Below, piece by piece: positions 17,402 to 25,934 of a stretch of 27,990 nucleotides of DNA. Source of the stretch: a virus. Its lineage: Duplodnaviria; Caudoviricetes. The notes under the pieces were generated by a model. It saw only the letters and a program-made list of their open reading frames with translations. It did not search any database and was not told the origin of the DNA. Numbering within the stretch: position 1 is the first letter of the stretch; each line of letters starts with the position of its first letter. A program made the translations under genes and the position numbers. Location of the stretch: positions 1 through 27,990 of the IMG/VR virus record IMGVR_UViG_3300017774_002204; one strand, given 5' to 3'.

Positions 17402-18615
17402 TGTCTGATTTAGAAGCAAAGGTACTATCTGCAGTTTTAAATGATAAGCAAATTCATGTGCTATTTCAGGCAAATCCAGATACTTTGTTTAGAACTCATA
17501 AAGATGTTTGGGATTTTGTAAAAAATTATTATGAGCAAAATTCAACTGTTCCTACCAAGTCGCTTTTGATAGAAAAGTTTAGAGACTTTCAGCCAGTAGG
17601 TGAGATTGGCACAACAAAGCATCACCTAGAAGAACTAAGAATACAATTTCTTGAAGATAATTTAAGAAATGCACTAATGACCAGTGCAAAGCAACTAAAT
17701 GAGCATCAGCCAATTGAAGCTCTTAATTCAATAATTTCAAAAACTTCAGATCTTAAAAGAATTAGTTCTGATGTAAGAGACATTGATGCAACAGATGTAG
17801 AGGATGCCTCTGCACACTTTACACATATTAAGGAGTTAAGTGAAAAAGGTATACACGGCGTTAGAACAAACTTGGCAGGTTTTGATAACTATCTACCTGG
17901 CGGTATTGCTCCTGGTCAATTTGGTATTCTTCTTGCTTACCCTGCCATTGGTAAGTCTTGGCTTGCTATTTTTATGGCTGTACAAGCGTGGAAAGCTGGC
18001 AAGAAGCCGTTAATAGTCTCTCTTGAAATGACAGAAAAAGAAGTTAGAAATCGTGTTTATACGATTATGGCTGAAGGATATTTTTCACACAGAAAGCTAA
18101 GTGCAGGTCTAATTGATATTGAAGGTTTTGAAAATTGGGCTAAGCAAAATTTAAAAGACAAGCCACCATTTTATATTATTTCTAATGATGGTCTTGCAGA
18201 TGTATCTCCGTCTGTTATTAGAGGAAAGATAGATCAATACTCTCCAGACGTTGTATTTGTTGACTATATTCAGTTGATGAATTCAAATCAAGGAAATGAT
18301 AATGAAGTTGTAAAGATTAAAAATATTTCTAGAGAGTTAAAGGTGCTTGCAATATCTTCTCAAGTTCCTATTGTTGCAATTGCTTCTGCTACACCTGATG
18401 ATGCAACTGATATGAACAGCGTTCCCTCTCTTGGTCAGGTAGCGTGGTCGAAGCAATTAGCATATGATGCTGACTGGGTTTTGGCTCTTGGTCGTGCTAC
18501 TGGAAGTACAATTCTTGAATGTATATTTAGAAAAAATCGTCACGGATTCTGTGGAGAATTTATGGTAGATATTGATTTTGACTCAGGTCGCTTTGTTTAT
18601 AAGGATTTTGAATAA
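17401..18615 (+). CDS. dnaB: Replicative DNA helicase, DnaB-like (SF4)
   Basis: Walker A AYPAIGKS, SLEM (H1a), VFVDYIQLM (Walker B), ISRELKVLA, YDAD and KNRHG arginine finger. Confidence 0.92.
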   Translation: MSDLEAKVLSAVLNDKQIHVLFQANPDTLFRTHKDVWDFVKNYYEQNSTVPTKSLLIEKFRDFQPVGEIGTTKHHLEELRIQFLEDNLRNALMTSAKQLNEHQPIEALNSIISKTSDLKRISSDVRDIDATDVEDASAHFTHIKELSEKGIHGVRTNLAGFDNYLPGGIAPGQFGILLAYPAIGKSWLAIFMAVQAWKAGKKPLIVSLEMTEKEVRNRVYTIMAEGYFSHRKLSAGLIDIEGFENWAKQNLKDKPPFYIISNDGLADVSPSVIRGKIDQYSPDVVFVDYIQLMNSNQGNDNEVVKIKNISRELKVLAISSQVPIVAIASATPDDATDMNSVPSLGQVAWSKQLAYDADWVLALGRATGSTILECIFRKNRHGFCGEFMVDIDFDSGRFVYKDFE

Positions 18616-18631
18616 AACTGGTTAATTCCAT

Positions 18632-18640
18632 TGATATAAT
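18632..18640 (+). promoter_or_regulatory. Extended -10 promoter (TGaTATAAT), likely giving a leaderless mRNA
   Basis: TATAAT 18635-18640 lies 7 nt before ATG 18648. No clear Shine-Dalgarno sequence. Confidence 0.7.
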
Positions 18641-18647
18641 TGATGGT

Positions 18648-18959
18648 ATGTACGCTCACAAGTCAATAAAAAGATTTAGCCTTGATGGTGAAATCTATGA
18701 TGACTCCCACATCATAAGACTTAAAGAGCAATACTATAACATGATTATTGCTGGAATGAAGTCTGATGGATATGTTCCAAGATATGATATTGACACAGAC
18801 TTTACAATTAGTTATAATGGTAAGACATTTAATTTTGAAATATCAATATATGGCGTATATGTAGGAAAGAGAACAGCAGAGTGTATATCAGGGATAGACA
18901 AAAACAAGCCAGTAATGGCTACTTCTACTCAGAGGATCAAGTCAAAAGAAGTCTGCTAA
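18648..18959 (+). CDS. Hypothetical protein between helicase and primase
   Basis: 103 aa filling the gap between the two genes, with its own promoter. Overlaps the primase by 79 nt. Confidence 0.75.
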   Translation: MYAHKSIKRFSLDGEIYDDSHIIRLKEQYYNMIIAGMKSDGYVPRYDIDTDFTISYNGKTFNFEISIYGVYVGKRTAECISGIDKNKPVMATSTQRIKSKEVC

Positions 18960-19834
18960 CTGCAGGTATTGATGTAGTCTATGAAGTAGAGTCTGACTTT
19001 ATAATCTTTTGTCCATATCACAATAACTATAGATCACCTGCTGCAGAAATTTCTAAAGAAAGCGGATTATTTTACTGCTTTGGATGTCAAGAATCTCATT
19101 CACTTATTGAAGTGATAATGCATGTAACTAAAAGATCATATTTTGAATCTGCAAGAATGATTGATTCTAAATCAGACAAGGTTAATTTTATTGAAGCCCT
19201 TGAATCAAAGCTTGATAAAAAACCTGAGTTTGTAGAGTTTGATAATGAATTAATTAAAAAACTAAATGTCTCTGCACTTAATTCACAAAGGGCTGCACAG
19301 TACTATCTTGGTAGAGGAATCACTAAGGATAGTGTTGAGAAGTATCTACTTGGATACTCTGAAAGTCAAGACATGGTTACAATACCAGTACATTCTCCTG
19401 ATGGAATGTGTTTAGGATTTGTTGGTAGATCTATAGAGGGAAAAGAATTTAAAAATACCTCAGGACTTCCAAAAGCAAAGACAATGTTTAATTTGTTTAG
19501 AGCAAAAAGATTTGATAAGGTATTTGTTGTTGAGTCATCTTTTGATGCAATACGCCTAGAACAGGCAGGAGCACATGCTGTAGCAACCTTGGGAGCTTCT
19601 GTGTCAGGTAAACAGAGGGAACTTTTAAAACAGTATTTTAACAATGTAATTATTTTAGGAGATAATGATGATGCAGGAAAAGAGATGGCAAAGAAGCTAT
19701 CTAACATACTTGGCTCAAGTGCAATAAACGCAAGTCTGCCAGAATCAGTAAAAGATGTATCAGATTTATCAGATGAAGATTTAAAAAAGTTTGTGTCACA
19801 ATTTGACGATCTAGTAGCAAATGTGTTACAATAG
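18881..19834 (+). CDS. dnaG: DNA primase (CHC2 zinc finger plus TOPRIM)
   Basis: CPYH…CFGC zinc finger, GFVGRSI, VVESSFDA, ATLG and DNDDAG motifs. Confidence 0.92.
   Translation: MYIRDRQKQASNGYFYSEDQVKRSLLTAGIDVVYEVESDFIIFCPYHNNYRSPAAEISKESGLFYCFGCQESHSLIEVIMHVTKRSYFESARMIDSKSDKVNFIEALESKLDKKPEFVEFDNELIKKLNVSALNSQRAAQYYLGRGITKDSVEKYLLGYSESQDMVTIPVHSPDGMCLGFVGRSIEGKEFKNTSGLPKAKTMFNLFRAKRFDKVFVVESSFDAIRLEQAGAHAVATLGASVSGKQRELLKQYFNNVIILGDNDDAGKEMAKKLSNILGSSAINASLPESVKDVSDLSDEDLKKFVSQFDDLVANVLQ
19803..19832 (+). promoter_or_regulatory. Sigma70/SigA-type promoter for the SSB gene, inside the primase 3' end
   Basis: TTGACG (19803-19808), 18 nt, then TACAAT (19827-19832) with an extended TG at 19824. 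RBS AGGAG at 19865-19869. Confidence 0.65.
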
Positions 19835-19876
19835 TAAAACTGTCCATGTATAGGACAAAATATTAGGAGAAATATT

Positions 19877-20527
19877 ATGGCAATTGTAAAAGGGCTAAAA
19901 AATATCGAAGCAATGCTAGATAAGCCAAAGTTTGAAAATAACGGTCCACGAGTAACGTGGCTTAAGTTAGAAGATAATCAGAGTGTATCAGTTCGTTTTG
20001 TAAATGAACTTGATGGAGACTCACCAAGCTATGACGAAAAGAATGGTCTTGCCATTGTTGTTTCTGAGCACACAAATCCAAAAGATTACAAGCGTAAGGC
20101 AGCATGTTCTGCTGAAAGCGAAGGTCGTTGCTTTGGTTGTGAAATGCACAGAAAAGACATGAAGGCTGGCTGGAGAGCACGTCTACGATTCTACATCAAT
20201 GTTTTAGTTGATGATGGAGCTAATGAACCATACATTGCTGTATGGAGTATGGGTGTTGCAAAGTCTGCAACATTTGATACAATTCGTGAATATGTTCAAG
20301 ATTCGCAAAGCCTTTCAGGTATGACATGGAAGCTAAAGCGAAATGGTAAGGGAACTGAGACAACCTATATTCTAATTCCAATTAAACAGGATGAAGAAAA
20401 GTTTGATTGGTCCAAGCATGAGGTTCCAGACCTTGAGGCAGTTGTAAGAGAAGTTCCTTATGCTGAACAAGAGTCCTTCTATCTTGGCTTTGACAATCCA
20501 TCCGTATCTACTTCTGTAGATTGGTAA
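19877..20527 (+). CDS. Single-stranded DNA-binding protein, T4 gp32-like
   Basis: WLKL…SVRF, an H-x11-C-x7-C-x2-C Zn site, WKLKRNGKGTETTY and an acidic tail ending in W. Lies between primase and polymerase. Confidence 0.7.
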   Translation: MAIVKGLKNIEAMLDKPKFENNGPRVTWLKLEDNQSVSVRFVNELDGDSPSYDEKNGLAIVVSEHTNPKDYKRKAACSAESEGRCFGCEMHRKDMKAGWRARLRFYINVLVDDGANEPYIAVWSMGVAKSATFDTIREYVQDSQSLSGMTWKLKRNGKGTETTYILIPIKQDEEKFDWSKHEVPDLEAVVREVPYAEQESFYLGFDNPSVSTSVDW

Positions 20528-20531
20528 TTGC

Positions 20532-20562
20532 GGTGGGGGAGAAGTACTCCCCCACCCTTTAT
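20532..20562 (+). terminator. Strong hairpin (weak terminator or mRNA stabiliser) between SSB and dnaE
   Basis: Perfect 10-bp stem GGTGGGGGAG / CTCCCCCACC with loop AAGTA, and only a short CTTTAT tail. Confidence 0.7.
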
Positions 20563-20577
20563 AACTGAAAGGTTAAA

Positions 20578-23500
20578 ATGACTTACGTTCCATTACACGT
20601 TCACACACACTATTCCTTGATGGATGGTGTTGCAACTCCAGAAGAGTATGCAAAACGTGCTTCTGAAATTGGGTTATCAGCAATTGCAATAACTGACCAT
20701 GGCGTTCTATCTGGTCATAGACCTATGTACAGGGCTGCAAAGGCAAATGGTATTAAACCAATTTTGGGTATTGAAGGATATATAACTGCAGACAGATTTG
20801 ATAACAGAGATAAGTCTGAAAGAACGGATCCCTTGGATATGGTTTATAACCATATTGTTCTTCTTGCAAAAAATGACAAGGGCTTAGAAAATTTAAATAA
20901 ACTTAATGAACTTGCTTGGACTGAAGGATTCTATAGAAAGCCAAGAATTGACTTTGAAATTCTATCAAAGTACAAAGAGGGTGTAATAGTTTTATCAGCA
21001 TGTATGAGTGGACTCCTTGCAAAAGCAATTGAGTATAAAGAATATGCTGCTGCAAAAAAACATATGACATGGTTTAAAGAAACCTTTGGTGATGATTTTT
21101 ATGTAGAACTTATGCCACATAACTCTGCAGAATTAAATAAAGAGTTGCTTGAGATGGCTGACATATATGATGTAAAACCAGTCGTAACTCCTGACTGCCA
21201 CCACTCTGACAAGAGCCAAAAGGTAATTCAAGAAATGATGTTACTTTTAAATACACATGCAAAGCTTAACAAAGAAGCTACCTTTGACAAGGCTTCAAAG
21301 ATTGAAGACCCTATGAAAAGACTTGACTATTTATATGGTGAAGATAGAATGATGTCTTTTAGAAGTTTTGATATCCACTTGCTTTCTTATGAAGAAATAA
21401 AATCAGCAATGCAACAGCAGGGAATCAAGCGTGAAGATATTTATGAAAACACTGTTGAGATTGCAAACAAGGTAGAAGAATATACTATTAAAAGCAATTT
21501 AGACCTTCTTCCAATAAAGGTTGAAGATCCAGATAATGAATTGCTTGCACTTACTTCTAGAGGCTTAGTTCTAAGAGGTCTTTCTGAAAATAAAGAATAT
21601 CTAGATAGATTAAATCTAGAACTTGATGTTATTAAAAGTAAAAACTTTTCACCCTATTTTCTGGTTGTTCATAATATGCTTAGCTGGGCAAAGGACCAGG
21701 GGATCATGGTTGGTCCAGGTCGTGGTTCAGCAGCAGGTTCTTTGGTTTGCTATGCATTAGGAATTACAGAAATTGATCCAATTGAATATGGTCTTTTGTT
21801 TTTCCGTTTTATTAATCCAGATAGAGATGATTTCCCTGACATTGATTCTGACATAGCAGACGATAGAAGAGATGAAGTTAAATCATATCTTGAACGTGAG
21901 TATAAAAATGTTGCATCTATTGCTACGTTCCTTGCATTTAAAGATAAGGGAGTTGTAAGAGATGTTGCTAGAGCATTTAACATTCCTCTTAATGACGTTA
22001 ACAAAGTTCTTAAGGGTGTAGATAGCTGGGATGATTTTACAAGATCGGCTAACGCTCAATGGTTTAGAATGAAGTATCCTGAAATTGTTAAATATGGAGA
22101 GCAACTTCGTGGAAGAATTCGTGGAACTGGCATTCATGCTGCAGGTGTAGTTACTGCAAAAGATTCAATCTTTAAGTATGCTCCGCTTGAAACACGAATT
22201 GCACCAGGAACTAAAGAAAGAATTCCAGTAGTTGCAGTAGATATGGAAGAGGCTGCAGAAATTGGTCTAATTAAGCTTGACGTGCTTGGTTTGAAAACTC
22301 TTACTGTAATTGATCAGACTATTAAAACAATTAAAGAACGTCACGGCACAGATATAAATCTTAAGCAGATACCCCTAAATGATAAGAAAGTCTTTGAGAT
22401 GCTCTCTGAGGGGCGTACAAAGGGTGTTTTTCAGTGTGAAGCAACTCCTTATACAAACCTTTTAGTTAAAATGAGAGTTGGCAACTTTGATGAACTTGTT
22501 GCATCAAACGCTCTTGTTCGTCCAGGTGCTATGAATACAATTGGAAAGTCGTACATTGCCCGTAAACACGGGAGGGAAATGGTTGAATATATCCACCCTT
22601 CTATGAATGATTATCTAAAAGATACTTATGGCTGTGTCTTGTATCAAGAACAAGTCATGCAAGCCTGTGTAGTTCTTGGTGGAATGACAATGGTTGAAGC
22701 TGATAAGGTTAGAAAAATTATTGGTAAGAAAAAAGATGCTAAAGAATTTGACATCTTTAAAGATAAGTTTGTTAACAATGCAGAAAAACATATTGGAATT
22801 AGAGCAAAAGATTTGTGGCATGACTTTGAAGCACATGCTGGATACTCTTTCAACAAGTCTCACGCTGTTGCATACTCAACACTTTCTTACTGGACTGCTT
22901 GGTTAAAGTATCACTATCCAATTGAGTTTATGTTTTCATTACTCAAGAGTGAAAAGGATAGCGACACCCGTACCGAATACTTGATTGAATCTAAGCGTAT
23001 GGGGCTATCTTTAAAGCTTCCACATATCAACGAGTCTGATTCGGATTTTAAGATTGAAGGAAAAGGCATCAGGTTTGGACTTGCTGCAATTAAATGGCTT
23101 TCTGAAGGAGTAGCAGGTAAGATTATTGCAGGAAGACCTTTTGAATCTAAAGAGCAATTTAAAAACTTTGCTATCAAAAAGGGCAGTGGAATTAATTCAA
23201 GAGCAGTAGAAGCATTAGATTTAATTGGTGCTCTAACATTTGAGGATAATCCTAGAGATGAAGTTAAAGTAAGAGACAATCTTTACGAATATCTAAATCT
23301 TCCAGAATTAAATACTAGCGTTCCACAACACTACTATGCATACATAGACCTTGTAGAAGACTTTGATGAACAAGGTGTTTTTGTACTACTTGGTATTGCA
23401 AAAAATATTAAGCGTGGAAAAGGTTGGTCAAGAGTAGAGATTATGGATTCTACTGGAGTAATTGGAATCTTTGATGAAGAAGAAACTAAGATTGAGCCAG

Positions 23501-23847
23501 GAAGAACTTATTTAATTCTTGCAGGTGCAAATAGAATTTCTGAAGCTATTCCAATTGATGAACTAAAGGAGCATAAGGAAAATCCTCTTATAAAGTTTTT
23601 AAATTATAAGCAGATTCCATTTGCAAATGATGAACACTTTGTGCTATCATTTACTCCTAGAGTTACTAAGGCTGGAAAAAGAATGGCTAACATGATTGTT
23701 GCTGATAGTTTAAGAGAAATGACTGCCGTAATGGTATTTCCAACAATGTTCTCTACTGGATATATGAAGTGCCAGCCTGGAAAAGTAGCAAAGATTAATT
23801 TTGGCGAAACAAAAGAAGGAACTATTACATTGAAGGAAGTAAATTAA
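20578..23847 (+). CDS. dnaE: DNA polymerase III alpha subunit (family C)
   Basis: PHP motif HVHTHYSLMDG, GPGRGSAAGSLVCY, catalytic PDIDSD, KLDVLGL, YQEQVM and FNKSHAVAY. RBS GAAAGG. No intein seen. Confidence 0.97.
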   Translation: MTYVPLHVHTHYSLMDGVATPEEYAKRASEIGLSAIAITDHGVLSGHRPMYRAAKANGIKPILGIEGYITADRFDNRDKSERTDPLDMVYNHIVLLAKNDKGLENLNKLNELAWTEGFYRKPRIDFEILSKYKEGVIVLSACMSGLLAKAIEYKEYAAAKKHMTWFKETFGDDFYVELMPHNSAELNKELLEMADIYDVKPVVTPDCHHSDKSQKVIQEMMLLLNTHAKLNKEATFDKASKIEDPMKRLDYLYGEDRMMSFRSFDIHLLSYEEIKSAMQQQGIKREDIYENTVEIANKVEEYTIKSNLDLLPIKVEDPDNELLALTSRGLVLRGLSENKEYLDRLNLELDVIKSKNFSPYFLVVHNMLSWAKDQGIMVGPGRGSAAGSLVCYALGITEIDPIEYGLLFFRFINPDRDDFPDIDSDIADDRRDEVKSYLEREYKNVASIATFLAFKDKGVVRDVARAFNIPLNDVNKVLKGVDSWDDFTRSANAQWFRMKYPEIVKYGEQLRGRIRGTGIHAAGVVTAKDSIFKYAPLETRIAPGTKERIPVVAVDMEEAAEIGLIKLDVLGLKTLTVIDQTIKTIKERHGTDINLKQIPLNDKKVFEMLSEGRTKGVFQCEATPYTNLLVKMRVGNFDELVASNALVRPGAMNTIGKSYIARKHGREMVEYIHPSMNDYLKDTYGCVLYQEQVMQACVVLGGMTMVEADKVRKIIGKKKDAKEFDIFKDKFVNNAEKHIGIRAKDLWHDFEAHAGYSFNKSHAVAYSTLSYWTAWLKYHYPIEFMFSLLKSEKDSDTRTEYLIESKRMGLSLKLPHINESDSDFKIEGKGIRFGLAAIKWLSEGVAGKIIAGRPFESKEQFKNFAIKKGSGINSRAVEALDLIGALTFEDNPRDEVKVRDNLYEYLNLPELNTSVPQHYYAYIDLVEDFDEQGVFVLLGIAKNIKRGKGWSRVEIMDSTGVIGIFDEEETKIEPGRTYLILAGANRISEAIPIDELKEHKENPLIKFLNYKQIPFANDEHFVLSFTPRVTKAGKRMANMIVADSLREMTAVMVFPTMFSTGYMKCQPGKVAKINFGETKEGTITLKEVN

Positions 23848-24170
23848 TGATTGATATAGATGATTTAGCAGATAGTTTGCATAAGACTGCAAAAGAAAAA
23901 GGTTTTTGGAATGATAACAATGGGATAATCTTTTATCTTAAGCAGCTAATGATGGTAACAACTGAGGTTGCTGAAGTAGCAGAAGCCATGCGTAAGAGCG
24001 AAGGTGATCGTGCTGTTGTTAGAGAGTTGGCAGACATTATTATTAGAACTCTAGATTTGTATGCAGGTCTTGTAGAAGACGGATACACAAAAGAATCTTT
24101 GCAAGATAACTTGTTAGATAAGGCTCAGTATAATTCAGAAAGACCAAATATGCACGGACTACTAGCATGA
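23847..24170 (+). CDS. MazG-like nucleotide pyrophosphohydrolase
   Basis: EVAEVAEA…RELADIIIRTLD is the ExxE…ExxD metal motif of the all-alpha NTP-PPase fold. Confidence 0.85.
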   Translation: MIDIDDLADSLHKTAKEKGFWNDNNGIIFYLKQLMMVTTEVAEVAEAMRKSEGDRAVVRELADIIIRTLDLYAGLVEDGYTKESLQDNLLDKAQYNSERPNMHGLLA

Positions 24171-25180
24171 GTAAAATAAACCTTGATGATTTTTTATCTC
24201 AGTTAGATCCAAAGTTGCGTAAGAAAATAACAAGTGGTAACACTATTGAAATAACTAAACAAAAGACTCCAAGCATTAGTCTTAATAATGCTCTCAAAGG
24301 TGGCTTTGGTTATGGTCGTCAAGTGCTTATCTGGGGAAATAAATCTGCAGGAAAGTCTTCATTTTGTTTACAGATGATTGCTGATGCTCAAAAGGATGGA
24401 AAAATCTGTGCTTGGATTGATGCAGAAGCATCTTTTGATCCAGAGTGGGCAAGAAAGCTTGGGGTAGATGTAGATCAACTAATTTATTCAAATGCTAGAA
24501 GCATGAATGAAATGGTGGACGTTGGAGTTCAGTTAATGAAGGCTGGTGTAGATGTTCTGATTGTTGATTCCATCTCTGCACTCCTTCCTGCTATTTACTT
24601 TGAAAAAGATTCAGAAGAATTAAAACAGTTAGAGAATACCAAGCAGATTGGTGCAGAAGCAAGAGATATGACCAATGCAGTAAAGATGCTTAACTATGCA
24701 AACAATAATGACAAGCCAACCTTGCTTGTTTTAATTTCTCAACAAAGAAATAATATTGGTGCAATGTTTGCTTCTCATCAACCAACTGGTGGACATGCTG
24801 TTAAATTCTTTAGTAGCACGATTGTTAAACTTTGGTCAAGTGAGTCTGATAATCAGGCAATCAAGGGTAAGATAGTTTCAGGAGATAAGATTATTGAATC
24901 TAAGATTGGTCGTGTAGTCAACTGGCATGTTGATTTTAATAAGACTGGTCCAGCGTTTGTTGCAGGTTCTTATGACTTTTATTTTGATGGAGAAGGCTCT
25001 ATGGGTGTAGACAAGGTTGCAGATCTAGTCGATACTGCAGAACTTGTTGGTGCTATTCAAAAAGGTGGAGCCTGGTACACTGTTGGAGAAGAAAGATTAC
25101 AGGGTAGAGCAAGGGTTATTGACTGGCTAAAGGAAGACCCAAAAAGGATTTCAGACTTAGAGGCAAAACTAGATGTATAA
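24167..25180 (+). CDS. recA: RecA-like recombinase
   Basis: TPSISLNNALKGG, Walker A GNKSAGKS, WIDAE, Walker B LIVDSISAL, PTGGHAVKFFSS and KGGAWY…QGR. Confidence 0.95.
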   Translation: MSKINLDDFLSQLDPKLRKKITSGNTIEITKQKTPSISLNNALKGGFGYGRQVLIWGNKSAGKSSFCLQMIADAQKDGKICAWIDAEASFDPEWARKLGVDVDQLIYSNARSMNEMVDVGVQLMKAGVDVLIVDSISALLPAIYFEKDSEELKQLENTKQIGAEARDMTNAVKMLNYANNNDKPTLLVLISQQRNNIGAMFASHQPTGGHAVKFFSSTIVKLWSSESDNQAIKGKIVSGDKIIESKIGRVVNWHVDFNKTGPAFVAGSYDFYFDGEGSMGVDKVADLVDTAELVGAIQKGGAWYTVGEERLQGRARVIDWLKEDPKRISDLEAKLDV

Positions 25181-25337
25181 AGACTTTTCTGAGTATAGAG
25201 GAAAGTTTTTCTGTCATACATGTAAAGAGGCAGTATTGGTTGCAAGATTTTATAGGGATACAACAAGAGATCTAACTTGGCTTTGTTCTATGAAACATCT
25301 TTCAAAAGTAAGCCTGAATGTAAAGGGTTATAAATGA
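25173..25337 (+). CDS. Small zinc-ribbon protein (54 aa; absent from the ORF track)
   Basis: Manual translation: MYKDFSEYRGKFFCHTCKEAVLVARFYRDTTRDLTWLCSMKHLSKVSLNVKGYK, with CxxC…CxxxH. Overlaps the recA stop by 8 nt and the next start (ATGA), exactly filling the gap. Confidence 0.8.
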   Translation: MYKDFSEYRGKFFCHTCKEAVLVARFYRDTTRDLTWLCSMKHLSKVSLNVKGYK

Positions 25338-25633
25338 GTGAGCGTGGAGAGTTAAAAAGAGCAGGAATGAAAGCTCATAAAAATTCTGGCAGAGGTGCAG
25401 TTAAGGCTGATGGCAGTGATGATGAATTTGTTGTTGATGTAAAAGAATACAGCAAATCGTTTTCTATTAGTCAAGATAACTGGGCTAAGATTGTTACTGA
25501 TACTTTAAAAGTTGATAGAGCAAAAAACCCAGCACTAATGTTGGTAATTGGTGAGGGAAATAAAAAAGTTAGACTTGCTGTTATTGAATGGGAAGTCTTT
25601 GAAGAATTGAGGAATAATGGAAACAACGACTGA
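25334..25633 (+). CDS. Small PD-(D/E)xK nuclease, Hjc-type Holliday junction resolvase-like
   Basis: N-terminal E, NSG…KADG…VVDVKE…SFSI…W catalytic pattern in 99 aa. Confidence 0.7.
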   Translation: MSERGELKRAGMKAHKNSGRGAVKADGSDDEFVVDVKEYSKSFSISQDNWAKIVTDTLKVDRAKNPALMLVIGEGNKKVRLAVIEWEVFEELRNNGNND

Positions 25634-25934
25634 ATTACTAAATCAGGTAAATGGCTTTAATGAAATATCTGAGCACATGCAGGATGATGAGCTAACTCAA
25701 ACATTGGTGCTTGTTGCTAAGTTAATTTCTAAACCAGATGTTCCTGCAGCCGTTGGGGTTGAACTAATTGTAAAGTTACAAGCATACTCTGCTAAATTTG
25801 CAATGCTCGCTTCCTGGTATACTAATGTTAAGAAAGATGAACGAGCAAAGAAAAATATATACTATTCAGCTAAAGAAGCAACGGATAGACTAGTGGATGC
25901 ATTAAAATATGCAGTTAGGATTAACAATGGCTAA
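25617..25934 (+). CDS. Hypothetical helical protein in the recombination cluster
   Basis: 105 aa, RBS GAGGA, overlaps both neighbours. Confidence 0.7.
   Translation: METTTELLNQVNGFNEISEHMQDDELTQTLVLVAKLISKPDVPAAVGVELIVKLQAYSAKFAMLASWYTNVKKDERAKKNIYYSAKEATDRLVDALKYAVRINNG

Noticed and set aside
18628-18646. Imperfect inverted repeat CCATTGAT-ATA-ATTGATGG over the -10 element as an operator
   Set aside because: Only the outer 4 bp and inner 2 bp are true DNA complements, it is not repeated at the other promoters, and it is plausible by chance in AT-rich DNA.
18839-18910. -1 frameshift fusing the 103-aa gene to primase
   Set aside because: Primase is in the -1 frame, but the candidate sites (A GGA AAG, C AAA AAC) do not fit X XXY YYZ. 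A GTG start with upstream AGGA explains the gene.
17401-25180. Inteins or introns in DnaB, DnaE or RecA
   Set aside because: Protein lengths are normal, motifs are collinear, and no splicing or homing-endonuclease motifs were seen.
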